Under the pieces are notes generated by a model. The model had not been told where the DNA came from. It did no database searches and saw only the letters and a list, made by a program, of their open reading frames with translations. A DNA stretch of 64,000 bases from Acidobacteriota bacterium (GTDB lineage Bacteria > Acidobacteriota > Thermoanaerobaculia > Multivoradales > JBCCEF01), in assembly GCA_039030395.1 (NCBI GenBank), contig JBCCEF010000001.1:54258-118257 (forward strand). Reading direction: 5' to 3'. Positions 41,743 through 51,600 of this stretch are shown here, piece by piece. Each line of letters starts with the position of its first letter. Within the stretch, counting starts at the first letter, position 1. Both the position numbers and the translations under genes were made by a program.

Positions 41743-43053
41743 GTGAATTCTCCCCCCGGCGAGGCTCTCCTGGAAGCCGTTTCGGTGCGCAAGAAGTTCT
41801 GCCGGCGCCTCGATCGATCCCTGCGCTACGGAGTGCAGGATCTGGTAACGAGCGCCCTCGGCCGGCCACGGCCGGCGGAAAAGCTGCGGGCCGGCGAGTT
41901 CTGGGCGCTCGCCGATGTCACCTTCCGTCTGGAAGCCGGAGAATGCCTCGGTATCGTCGGCCCAAACGGCGCCGGCAAGAGCACCCTGCTGAAGTTGCTC
42001 AACGGCCGCCTGCCCCTCGACGGCGGACGCATCACCGTGCGCGGCCGGCTGCGGGCCATTTCGGAGTTGGGCATCGGTTTCGATCCGGTGCTCACCGGGC
42101 GCGAGAACATCTTCCACGAAGCCACCCTCCTCGGCCAGTCGGCGGACGAAACCGAGAAGCACCTGGAAGCCATCCTCGACTTCGCCGGCATCGGCGACTT
42201 CGTCGACGCGCCGGTGTTGACCTACTCGACCGGCATGCGGGCGCGCCTGGGCTTCGCCATCGCTGTCCATCTCGAGCCGGACATCCTGCTGCTCGACGAA
42301 CTGCTGGCGGTGGGCGACCTGCACTTCCGCCGTCAGTGCGTCCGCCACATGATGGGACTGATCGAGGCCGGCGCCGGGATCATTCTGGTGTCCCACGACC
42401 TGTACACGGTGCAAAACCTGTGCAGCCGCACCCTCTACCTCGACGGCGGCGAGGTGGTGGACTACGGCCCCAGCGACCGGGTGGTCAAGGCCTACCTTGC
42501 GAGCGATGGGGGTCGTCATGGGAGAAGCCGTGGCGAGGAGCAGCCCGGGCCGGCGGCGCCGGCGAGCGCAGCACGTCCCCTGAGCACCCGCGAGCCGGTG
42601 ATCATCGACCGGCTGGAGATCCTGCCCATCACCGGCGACACCCTGCGCACCGGCGAGGTCGCCGAGGTGCACCTCCACTACCGCTCCCGGCAAGCGCGGC
42701 CGGAGGTGTTCTGGGGATTTCGGGTGGCGACGGCGGACCTGATGGTGCAGATCACCTCCGGCCTGCTGCACGCCGGCGAGCGGCCCGCCTATGCCCTCGC
42801 CGAGGGTTCCGGCGTGCTGCGTTGTCGCATTCCCAACCTGCCGCTTCTCGCCGGCACCTACGCCCTCCGAGGCGCCATCGCGGAACCGGACAACGGCGCC
42901 CTGATCGCCCTCTTCGGCCACGACCAGGCGCCGACGCTCTTTGCCGTCGAAGGGCGCGCGCATCCGTCGGAGAACTTTCATCGCCTCTCCGGCGACCTGG
43001 TGGCGGTGGCGGTGGAGCGGCCGGACTCAGAAGACGTCGAGCGGGCCGGCTGA
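41743..43053 (+). CDS. ABC transporter ATP-binding protein of Wzt/KpsT/TagH type with a C-terminal substrate-binding extension (436 aa). No adjacent permease.
   Basis: Walker A GPNGAGKST, Q-loop, signature-like and Walker B LLLDELLAVGD, H-loop VSHD. A ~150-aa C-terminal beta-rich domain resembles Wzt O-antigen-binding domains. Confidence 0.75.
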   Translation: MNSPPGEALLEAVSVRKKFCRRLDRSLRYGVQDLVTSALGRPRPAEKLRAGEFWALADVTFRLEAGECLGIVGPNGAGKSTLLKLLNGRLPLDGGRITVRGRLRAISELGIGFDPVLTGRENIFHEATLLGQSADETEKHLEAILDFAGIGDFVDAPVLTYSTGMRARLGFAIAVHLEPDILLLDELLAVGDLHFRRQCVRHMMGLIEAGAGIILVSHDLYTVQNLCSRTLYLDGGEVVDYGPSDRVVKAYLASDGGRHGRSRGEEQPGPAAPASAARPLSTREPVIIDRLEILPITGDTLRTGEVAEVHLHYRSRQARPEVFWGFRVATADLMVQITSGLLHAGERPAYALAEGSGVLRCRIPNLPLLAGTYALRGAIAEPDNGALIALFGHDQAPTLFAVEGRAHPSENFHRLSGDLVAVAVERPDSEDVERAG

Positions 43054-43754
43054 GCGAGCAGGGTGATGCGGCCGCGGGCGAACACCCCAGCCAACCGCTG
43101 GTGGTCGCTCTCGACGACCGCTTCCACCCTCAAGCCACTGCCTTCGATCAGGGCGAGCAGCTCGCGGCGATCGAAGAACCGCACCACCGGCGGACCGACA
43201 TTGAGCCAACGAGGTCCCAACTCCAGGCGCCCACGCCGCCAGCGCGACACCGTGCGTTTGAGGTGATACGTGCCGTCCCGCAGCCAGCGGCAGCGATAGA
43301 CCGGCTCCGCCACGATCAACGTGCCCCCCTTTTCGAGCAGCGCGGCGGCGGCGGCGAGAACCCGGCGAACGCGGCGGAAGGAATCCTCGATCGTTCTTCC
43401 GGTGAGATGGTGCAGGACATCGCCCAGCAGCGCCACCTGAAAGCGTTCGGGGAAGCGCTCGGCGATGCGCTCCGGCAGGCTCTCATCGAGCAGCGAAGCG
43501 GCCCGCACTTCCAACCCCAAACGGCGAGCTTCCCGGATCTGAACCGGATCCTCTTCCACACCGACGACGCGCGAAATCCCGAGCTCGTCGGCCAGAAACC
43601 GGGTCACATTTCCGGCGCCACATCCGAGGTCGATCAGCGAATCGCTGGGCCGGCCACCTCGCCGCAGCAGACCGGCGACGTGGCGATAGCGCCACAGACT
43701 CCAGGTCTCCGGCAGAGATTCGGTTCTCGGCTGGGTGAGAACGTCGGCGACCAC
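42978..43754 (-). CDS. Class I SAM-dependent methyltransferase (258 aa).
   Basis: Motif I LIDLGCGAGNVTRFLA. Motif II VALLGDVLHHL. The low-complexity C-terminal tail overlaps the convergent ABC gene by 76 nt. Confidence 0.65.
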   Translation of the reverse strand: MVADVLTQPRTESLPETWSLWRYRHVAGLLRRGGRPSDSLIDLGCGAGNVTRFLADELGISRVVGVEEDPVQIREARRLGLEVRAASLLDESLPERIAERFPERFQVALLGDVLHHLTGRTIEDSFRRVRRVLAAAAALLEKGGTLIVAEPVYRCRWLRDGTYHLKRTVSRWRRGRLELGPRWLNVGPPVVRFFDRRELLALIEGSGLRVEAVVESDHQRLAGVFARGRITLLAQPARSTSSESGRSTATATRSPERR

Positions 43755-43760
43755 GGGTAG

Positions 43761-44786
43761 CTATCCGCCGGGCAAGGGTGGGGGGCCGGGATCGGTGGTC
43801 ACTTCCGGCAGGGCGTCGAGGCGATCGTAGTCGGTCCACACTTCGAAGCCGTGGCGCAGCTCTTGGGCGAAGGCGCGCCGGCGCTCGGCCCGCATCTCCT
43901 TGCGCAGGATGCCGGCGATGCCGTCGCGCACCCGGTCGAGGGGCAGCGGCCGGTCTTCCTCGCGCTCCACCAGACGCCAGAGGTAGAAGCCCTCATCGGT
44001 GGTGACAATCTCGCTGACCTCACCGACCTCTTGCAGGGCGAGCCCCGACAGCAAGGCCTCCTCCGGCCACTTGTAGCCGGCGGACTGGCGCGGGTAGAGC
44101 CAGCCCACCACCCCGCCGACGTACTTGGTGGCGGCATCGTCCGAATAGCCTTTGGCCAGCGGACCGAAGCCTTTGGTCTCGACGGACAGCTCCAGAGCTT
44201 CGCGACGGGCCTGCTCGACCCTGCTCCGCGCTCGGGCCCGCCCCTCCTCGCCGAGACGGGGCGAGAGTTCGACGAAGATCATCGCCAGCCGCGAACGCGC
44301 CGGCCGCAGGAAGCGCTCCGGATTCTCGCGGTAGTAGGTTTCGATCGCCTCCGGGGTCACTTCGAGGGCCTCTTCTTCGAGGTGTTCCCGGCGGTAGAGG
44401 TTGACGAGGATTTTATCGAAGGCGCGGACGACATCCTCGCGCTGGTCGTAGCCCTCCTCGAGGGCACGCAACAGGGTCACCCGATGCTGGATCAGCTCGT
44501 CGAGGAGGGCCTGGCGGCGCTGCCGGTCGGGGTAGCGGGCCGCGCCGCCGCGCAGCTCGATGGCGGCTTCGAGATCCTCGACGGAGATGACCGTCCCCTC
44601 GACCACCGCCAGCACCTCCGGCCGGCCGGTGAGAGCTTCGAGGGAGGGCTGGGGCGATGCCGGCTCCGGCGTCTCCACCGGCGGACTCGGCGATGCCGGC
44701 TCCGGCGGGGGCACCGTGGCGCAGCCGACAGCGGTCCCCAGCGCCAGCCCGAGCCACCAGGCCCTCGACAACCGCACCCTCGGCAC
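43761..44786 (-). CDS. Parvulin-type peptidyl-prolyl cis-trans isomerase lipoprotein (SurA/PrsA/PpiD-like chaperone, ~341 aa).
   Basis: GTG start giving the lipobox WWLGLALGTAVGCATV. Chaperone-like helical N-domain. PpiC domain (SVETKGFGPLAKGYSDDAATKYVGGVVGWLYP...FYLWRL). The ORF-track start at 45014 would run through the upstream gene. Confidence 0.7.
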   Translation of the reverse strand: MPRVRLSRAWWLGLALGTAVGCATVPPPEPASPSPPVETPEPASPQPSLEALTGRPEVLAVVEGTVISVEDLEAAIELRGGAARYPDRQRRQALLDELIQHRVTLLRALEEGYDQREDVVRAFDKILVNLYRREHLEEEALEVTPEAIETYYRENPERFLRPARSRLAMIFVELSPRLGEEGRARARSRVEQARREALELSVETKGFGPLAKGYSDDAATKYVGGVVGWLYPRQSAGYKWPEEALLSGLALQEVGEVSEIVTTDEGFYLWRLVEREEDRPLPLDRVRDGIAGILRKEMRAERRRAFAQELRHGFEVWTDYDRLDALPEVTTDPGPPPLPGG

Positions 44787-44790
44787 CGCC

Positions 44791-47700
44791 CTAGTCCACC
44801 GCCGCCGACCACAGGGTGGTGTCGCCGGACTCGAAGCCGTCGGTGAAGATCTCCGCCGTGGCCTGCTCGCCGAACACCAGGTTGTCGAAGAAGGCGTCAT
44901 AGCTGGTGGAGCCGGTGCCGTCGACCAGGAAGAAGACCCGCGCCGACTGGGTTCCCGGCGGAATGGTGAGGACCGGCAGCTCGAAGGGTTCCCATAGGCC
45001 CAGCGTATCGCCACTCACCACCGACGATGTCTCCTCGCCGAGCTGGTCGATGCCGCAGTTGCTCGAACCGAAGTAGCGCACCAGGGCGGAGGCCGTCGGC
45101 AGACTGTCGGTGCCGCCGTCGATCCGCACCAGGCCGCGCACCAGGTGCGGCAGGCCCGCGTTGAGGGCGACGCACTGGGTGACATAGGCCACCGGATCGA
45201 GGGCCGAGAAGACGGCGCCCGCGGAGCCGGAGGTCGGCGCCAAATCCGCGTCCTCGGCGGCGAAGTCCACCACCGAGGAGTCGTCCGGGAAGCGCAACCA
45301 AGAACTCAGGTCGCCGTCGAAGTTCGGGTTGACCAAAAGGTTGCTGAAGGTCGCGCTGAAGGGCAGCACCGAGTCGTCCCCACCGGTGCCGTCGCTGTCG
45401 CCGTCGAGGGCGCTGCCGAAGACGTCGAGGAGCGTCGAGCAGCCGAAGAGAACATAGGCACCGGCCGGCAGTGCCAGGCCGCCGTTGACCTCGGCCGCCG
45501 CCCGGAAGGTGGCGGTATCGAAGGACACCGCATCGACGCTGACCGCCTCGTCATCCCCGGCCAGCGCGCCGCAGACGGCGGTCTCGACCACGCCATCGGG
45601 ACCGCCGTGGACCAGTTGGTAGTTGGCCGGATTGGTGACGTCACCGGGATCGCTGTCGCCCGCTCCGTCCTCCATCAGCTCGCTGAAGGAAACGTAGATC
45701 TGGGTCACCGAATAGGTGTCGACCACCTCGCCGGAGGTCAGCACGCCGTCGCCGGTGCCGGCCACGGTGTCTACCGCCAGTATCGTCGGCGGCACCGCTT
45801 CGACCACCAGCGGGCCGAGGGTCACCGGGTCGCTCCAGTTGCCCGCCTCGTCCACCGCGCAGAGGTGGATGTACCAGGAACCGTCGGCCAGCGGCGGGCT
45901 GGTGAGCCCGGTAACGGGTCCGATGTCCTGGGTCTCGGCGCAGGTGTTGGCAGGATCGAAATCGAACACCGCCGAGTAGCCCGCCACGCCGCTCAGATTG
46001 TCCGTCGCGGCGGTCCAGGTGACGTCGATGGTGTCGTCCGCCACCGGCGCGCCACCGCCGTGACTCGCCGAGGCGAGGTCCGCAGGGGCCGTCGGCAAGG
46101 TGGCGTCGATGCGGTAGGGGCCGCGGTGGATCGCCGAGGTGCAGTTGGCGCCGAAGTCACAGGTGCGCAGGTGGAAATAGTAGCCGTCGTCGTCCGGCAG
46201 CAGGGCGCTCTCGGTGGAGTGGGCGTCCACCGTGTGGACGAGATCGAGAATCAGGTCCGGCATCTCGACCGGCGTCAGATCGAACTGGAAGGAATAGCCG
46301 AGCACGCCGGTACCGCCGATGTTGTCCACCGCGCCGGACCACTCCATGGTGATGCGCGACAGGTTGGACCACACGCCCTCGGTGTGGGTGGTGCTTTCGA
46401 GGCTGGTCGGATCCGTCGGCTGAATGGAATCGCGCAGGTAGACCGCCACCGCGTCGTCGTTGCTGCCCACCAGGTAGATACTCGAATCGTTGCTCGAGAC
46501 GGCGAGCTGGAGCGCACGGTCGAGGCCGTCCTCGCCGCCGGTGCCGTCGAAGTGGAACTCGATGGGCGACAGGGAGCCGGTGCTGGGGTCGCGCAGGAAC
46601 ACCCCTAGCGCGTCGTCTTCGAGGGCCGCCGTGAAGACCACCCGGGTGTCGAAAGAGACGGCGACCTCCGTGACGCCGTCCAGGCCGTCGGAGCCGTTGA
46701 CCCCGTCGAGCAGCGTTTGCACCCAGGTGAGGGCGCCGGTGGCGTCGTCCCGCTGGAACACCACCAGACCGTCTTCCGAGGCGCCGGTGGCGTAGACGAA
46801 GGCGCCGTCGCCGGCCACCGCCACGGAGCTGGTGCCGCCGAGGCCGGTGATCGGACCGCCGGCCAGGGTCTGGACGTCGACCAGGGTCAGTTCGCCGGTG
46901 GTGCCGTCGCGCTCGAAGGCGGCCACCGCCGAGTCGATCCGCGACGCCACGTAAACGTGCGCGTCGTCGGCGCTGACGGCCACAGAGGTGGCGCCGTCCA
47001 AGCCGAGGCCGTCCACCGGATCGTCGGCGTCGAAGTAGGCGTCGACGAAGGTCAGGGCGCCGGTCGTCTCGTCGCGTTCGAAAACCGCCACCGCGTCGTC
47101 CGTCTCACCGGCGACGTAGAGGAAATCGCCGGTCGAGTCGAAGGCCAGGGACGAGGCCCCGAGCAGGCCGTCGACGCCACCGGCGCCGTCGATCTGCGAT
47201 TCGATGAAGGTCAGGGCGCCGGAGCCGCCATCCACCGCGAACACCGACACCGCCGAACTGACGAAGGAGGCGACGTAGACGTGGGCGCCGTCCGGGCTGA
47301 CCAGGATGTCTTCCGGTCCATCGAGACCGTCGACCGCGCCGGCCCCGTCGCCCTCGGAGATCTGATCGGCGAAGGTCAGGCTGCCGTCGACGCCGTCGCG
47401 GGCGAAGGAGAGGAGCGTGTCGTTGACCTTGCCGGTGACGAAGATCCAGTCGCCGGCCGGCGCCACGGCCACCGCCGAGGCCTCGTCGAGGCCGGAGATG
47501 GCGCCCAGGCCGACCGCTTCGACGAATTCCAGGAAGCCATCGTCGTCCCAAATCAGGACGTCGGCGCGGGGATCGCTCAAGGTGGCCTCGGCGCTCACCG
47601 CGTCGAGATCGACGTGGAAGAGTTCGTCGTCTTCGTCCTCGAGGTCGCCGAAGACCTCGACCATCAGGGTCGTTGTGGTGGTGTTGGAAGCGAACACCGC

Positions 47701-48630
47701 CGTGCCGGAAGCGGCGGCGAAATCGACGTCCATGGTGGCGCCGCCGGACGCCTCGGTGGTCGACCAATCGACCGACACCGCCGGCGAGATCGGTCGCGAC
47801 AGCACCAGGGTGAGTTCCACCTGGGTCGAACCGGTGTCCCCCTCCAGCACCGCCGCATCGCCGACGGCCACATCCGGCGGCCGCTCGTTGTCGATGATGG
47901 TGCCTTCACCTTCGGCGTCGGACAGCACCGTGCCGCTCTCGTTGCTCAAGATCAGTTTGAAGGTCTCGTCCGCCTCTTCCTCGAAGTCTCCGAGCACCGG
48001 CACGATCACCGTCGCCGTCAAATCGCCCGGATCGATGGTGGCCGTACCGCTGGTGTCGACATAGTCCAGGCCCTGGGTCGCCGTTCCCTGGTCGGACGGC
48101 GTTTCGTAGTCGACGGTCACCGGGTTCAGCGAGGTTTGCGACAAGGTGATGGTGAACACCGCATCGAGGCTGCCGGTGTCGCCTTCGACCAGCGACACAT
48201 CGTCGACGGTCATACCCGGCAGCGCTGCCAGCTCGTCGAGGTCGAGCACTTGTGCCTCACCCCATTCACCGACCACCCCTTCGCCGGCCAACACGCCGTC
48301 GACAGTGAAGGTGACCGCGTCGCCCGGCCGTGCCGTGCCGGGGTCCTGGGGATCGACCGAGTCGATGGGGATGCGCAGCGCGTAGCGCTGTCCCAGCTCG
48401 CCGTCGGATCCGATGACGTAGTTGGCGAGGGGAACCGAATCCCCCTCCAGGAACACCTCGACCACGCCGCTGGTGACCGGCTCCCCGCCGCGCAGCACCC
48501 GGCCGTAGAAGATGTGGTCCGGGCCCGGTAGCCGCGCCCCTACTTCCAGAGCCAGGAGCAGCACGATCCCCAGGCCGGCGAGTCGACGGAAGGTCAGCCG
48601 TCTTCTGGTTGAGTTGATTGGCGTCACCAT
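44791..48630 (-). CDS. Large secreted protein (1279 aa) with Calx-beta domains, a lactonase-type beta-propeller repeat region and C-terminal CBM4_9-like beta-sandwich modules.
   Basis: Signal peptide. Three Calx-beta-like units (DETFKLILSNESGTVLSDAEGEGTIID and relatives). About eight repeats of DDAVAVFERD.TTGALTFVD...DG.DG..SVAVS.DG..VYVAS. C-terminus ...FTDGFESGDTTLWSAAVD. Confidence 0.8.
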   Translation of the reverse strand: MVTPINSTRRRLTFRRLAGLGIVLLLALEVGARLPGPDHIFYGRVLRGGEPVTSGVVEVFLEGDSVPLANYVIGSDGELGQRYALRIPIDSVDPQDPGTARPGDAVTFTVDGVLAGEGVVGEWGEAQVLDLDELAALPGMTVDDVSLVEGDTGSLDAVFTITLSQTSLNPVTVDYETPSDQGTATQGLDYVDTSGTATIDPGDLTATVIVPVLGDFEEEADETFKLILSNESGTVLSDAEGEGTIIDNERPPDVAVGDAAVLEGDTGSTQVELTLVLSRPISPAVSVDWSTTEASGGATMDVDFAAASGTAVFASNTTTTTLMVEVFGDLEDEDDELFHVDLDAVSAEATLSDPRADVLIWDDDGFLEFVEAVGLGAISGLDEASAVAVAPAGDWIFVTGKVNDTLLSFARDGVDGSLTFADQISEGDGAGAVDGLDGPEDILVSPDGAHVYVASFVSSAVSVFAVDGGSGALTFIESQIDGAGGVDGLLGASSLAFDSTGDFLYVAGETDDAVAVFERDETTGALTFVDAYFDADDPVDGLGLDGATSVAVSADDAHVYVASRIDSAVAAFERDGTTGELTLVDVQTLAGGPITGLGGTSSVAVAGDGAFVYATGASEDGLVVFQRDDATGALTWVQTLLDGVNGSDGLDGVTEVAVSFDTRVVFTAALEDDALGVFLRDPSTGSLSPIEFHFDGTGGEDGLDRALQLAVSSNDSSIYLVGSNDDAVAVYLRDSIQPTDPTSLESTTHTEGVWSNLSRITMEWSGAVDNIGGTGVLGYSFQFDLTPVEMPDLILDLVHTVDAHSTESALLPDDDGYYFHLRTCDFGANCTSAIHRGPYRIDATLPTAPADLASASHGGGAPVADDTIDVTWTAATDNLSGVAGYSAVFDFDPANTCAETQDIGPVTGLTSPPLADGSWYIHLCAVDEAGNWSDPVTLGPLVVEAVPPTILAVDTVAGTGDGVLTSGEVVDTYSVTQIYVSFSELMEDGAGDSDPGDVTNPANYQLVHGGPDGVVETAVCGALAGDDEAVSVDAVSFDTATFRAAAEVNGGLALPAGAYVLFGCSTLLDVFGSALDGDSDGTGGDDSVLPFSATFSNLLVNPNFDGDLSSWLRFPDDSSVVDFAAEDADLAPTSGSAGAVFSALDPVAYVTQCVALNAGLPHLVRGLVRIDGGTDSLPTASALVRYFGSSNCGIDQLGEETSSVVSGDTLGLWEPFELPVLTIPPGTQSARVFFLVDGTGSTSYDAFFDNLVFGEQATAEIFTDGFESGDTTLWSAAVD

Positions 48631-48633
48631 TCC

Positions 48634-51600
48634 TCACACTCCTGTGTAGGCATAGGTCTGGAAGAAGATCAAGATGTCGTCGATGCCATCGCCGTCGCGC
48701 GTGCCGTCGCCGCCCGGGTCGTTGCCGTCGATCAGGATGTCGATCGCCTCTTCGGCATCGTTCAGCAAGGTGCCGCCGGGAATGATCAGCAGCCAGCGGC
48801 GATTCCACACGCTGCGCCCGATCAAGCGGCTGTCGGCGGTGGTCTCACCCTCGAAGAAGTCTCCGGAATCGTGGAACGCCCGGAAGGTGCCGATGCGGCG
48901 AACGTCCGCGAAGCTGCCGCTCAGGCTGTCGTTGATCGGAATCCAATCCGGGTCGTCGAGCTGCGTGTCACCGATGCGGAAGGGCACCGGCAGGACCTGA
49001 TCGACCACCGACCATTCGCGGGTCTGGAACAGGTCGCCGCTCGGCGGCCGCAGCACGTCCGCTCCCACCGGCAGCAGGTACACCCGCGGCGTGTTCGACA
49101 GCGGCAACCCGTCGTAGTCCTGGAACCAGGTACCGACGGTGCGGATGCGAGTGGCGAAGTGGGTGGCGTCGTAGGCGCTGTCGCCGGGCCCCAGCGGCCA
49201 GCCGAAGAAGTTCAGCCCGAAGGTGACGGTGGTCTCGAAGGGAATCACCAAAGCCGGCTGCGGGCCGGCGCTCTCCGGTGCCAGGGGCCGGGCGTAGCGC
49301 CGGTACTCCGGCAACTGCCACAGATCGTCCACATAGTGGTCGCGCAGGGCCTGGCGCCAGTCCTGGTCGTCCTGGTCGTCGAAGGTGGTGGGATCCTCGT
49401 CGGGGATGCGGAACATCTCCTGGCGCAGCGAGAACCGGTTGGTTTCGCTCTGCGGGTTGACGAAGCCGAGCTGCCCCTTGAGGACGTCGAAGTTCTCCCG
49501 CATGCGCCCCATCGCATCGGCCAGCCCGCGGGAGCCCGGTACCGGCTCACCGTCGAGGAGCTGTCCGACCGCCCGCTCCTTGACGATATCCGACAGGAAG
49601 GCCTGGCCGGCCTGCTCGTCGGTGCCGACCAGATTGGTCTCATAGTCGTAGGCGGTGGCCGCGAGATAGGCGTAGCGCGCCGCCAGGTCGAACTGGGCGC
49701 GATACTTCTGCAGCGCGTCGTTCTTGAACACCCGGAAGGTCATGTCCTGGTAGCGCGCCTGCTGCACGTCGGCGGCGGCGAACTTGCGGAACAGCACCAT
49801 CTCTTCGAGCACCCGCTGCCCCTTGGCCAAGGCCGCCAGATATTTGCCGCGGTTCTGGTCGATGATCTCGCGGCGCTGGTAGGCCTCCAGGCGCAGCAAC
49901 GGCTCCTGGCGCAGGGTGGCTTCCAGCTCTTTGAGCTTGGAGAAGGCCGCGAACTCCGCATTCAGGGCCTGGATCTCGATGTCCGCCTGGATGCCCACGT
50001 CTTCCTTCGCCAACGACAGCAGGTTGGCCGCCGTGTCCGTCACGTCCGCCGCCGTTTCCACCCAGAATTTGGCGTGTCCCTTGCTCTGCTCCACCGCACA
50101 GCGCACGCCGGCGAACACGTCACCGCCGGAAGAGAGGCCGACCACCAGCGACTTGGGCACGCATTGGGAGGTGCTCTTGCCGAATTCCTCGATGCCCGAA
50201 GCCACCCGCTTGAGGGTCGTCGAGGTGGTTTGCAGGGTGCCGAGGATGGCGTTCATGTCGGCCAGCTCGGTGCGCTGCTTGTTGCGGATCTTGATCTGCT
50301 TCCTGCTCAGCCGGTGCTGGGCTTCGAGGATTTCGAGCTGGTCGTTGATCCTCAGCAGGAGATTGTCGTACTCCTCGAGGATCTGGTCGTAGCTGTTGAT
50401 CGCCACCAGCAAATCCGACAAACGGTCCTGCAGCTCGCCGGTGGCGCGACGATTGCCGGTCCACTCGGGGGGCTTGACCAGGAAGAAGGAATCGGCCGTC
50501 GGCGGCATGCCGGCGGCATTGGTGCGCCGCGAGCGGGAGACGTGGTAGTCCACCGACAGGGTGTCGTTGGTCGGATTCGACAGGGAGCAGCCGGTATCGA
50601 AAGGATTGTCCCTGCAGGTCGGGTTGCCGACGTCGAAGTCGAAGAATTCCATCGCCGGTAGGGCCGAAAACTCCGCCGTGAAGATGTCCGTGGGATCCTC
50701 CGGCGTACCGGTCAAATCCGTCTGGTCGACATACATGTAGTGGTACACATCCGGCCCCACGTAGTCGCTCGGATAGGTTCCCGGCGGACCGATGTCGTCC
50801 GAATAGGGGTAGCCGAAGATCTCGATCAAGCGGCCCTTGAAGGCGCGCTCCTGATCGATCACGTTGTTGGTCAGAGCGTCCACCGAGTCCTGATTGCGCC
50901 GCAGCATCTCGCTCAACTGATTGGCGTAGTTGAAGGTGGCGGCGGCGTTTTCCAGCGCGGCGCTGGCGCGGTCGTAGATCTGCTCGAAGTGGGTCTTGGC
51001 GGCCGACGGCTCGGCCTCGTTGTCCACCAGGTCCGGATCGATGTCGAAGGGCACCACGCCCTTGGCCAGGCCGAGAGGATTGAGCCCCGCATCGGCTTCG
51101 TCGAGCTGCACCTGAATAGCGTCGAACTGCGATGCGATCTGGTCCAGCCCCTCGGTGTTCTTGCGATCGATGCGCTGAATACCGACATGGGTCGGATCCG
51201 GATCCTCCGACGGCAGAATGGCGTTGGCCACCACCCAATCGAAATACGCCCCCTGGCCCGCCCGCCGTGCCCAGCCGGAGAGGCCCCAGGCGCGATCTGG
51301 GTCCGAATCCTCGTAGCCCTGCCACTGGCCGGCCGGGTCCTCCACGTAGCTATCGCGATAGGTGAGGTCCACGATCTCGGCGCCGGCGCGCGCCTTGGCC
51401 GCCGCCGCCTGGGCAAACTTCTGCTCGTCGAGGAAGTCCACCGTCACCGGCGAGTTGGCCACCAGCACCGCGCCGGTGCGCGGCAGCCAGGTGAAGAACG
51501 GATGGCGCAGCAGGTTGTAGTAGGTGGTCATTGCCGTCAGGTAGTGACCCCAGGCGTCGCCGTGGCCCTGCGGAAAGAGGATCTGAGCATCCAGCTCATC

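Noticed and set aside
40047-41792. 581-aa version of the PhyH copy 2 ORF
   Set aside because: The N-terminal 296 aa are Arg/Pro/Gly low-complexity and run through the methyltransferase gene in another frame. The conserved PhyH protein starts at MLRDPA (nt 40904).
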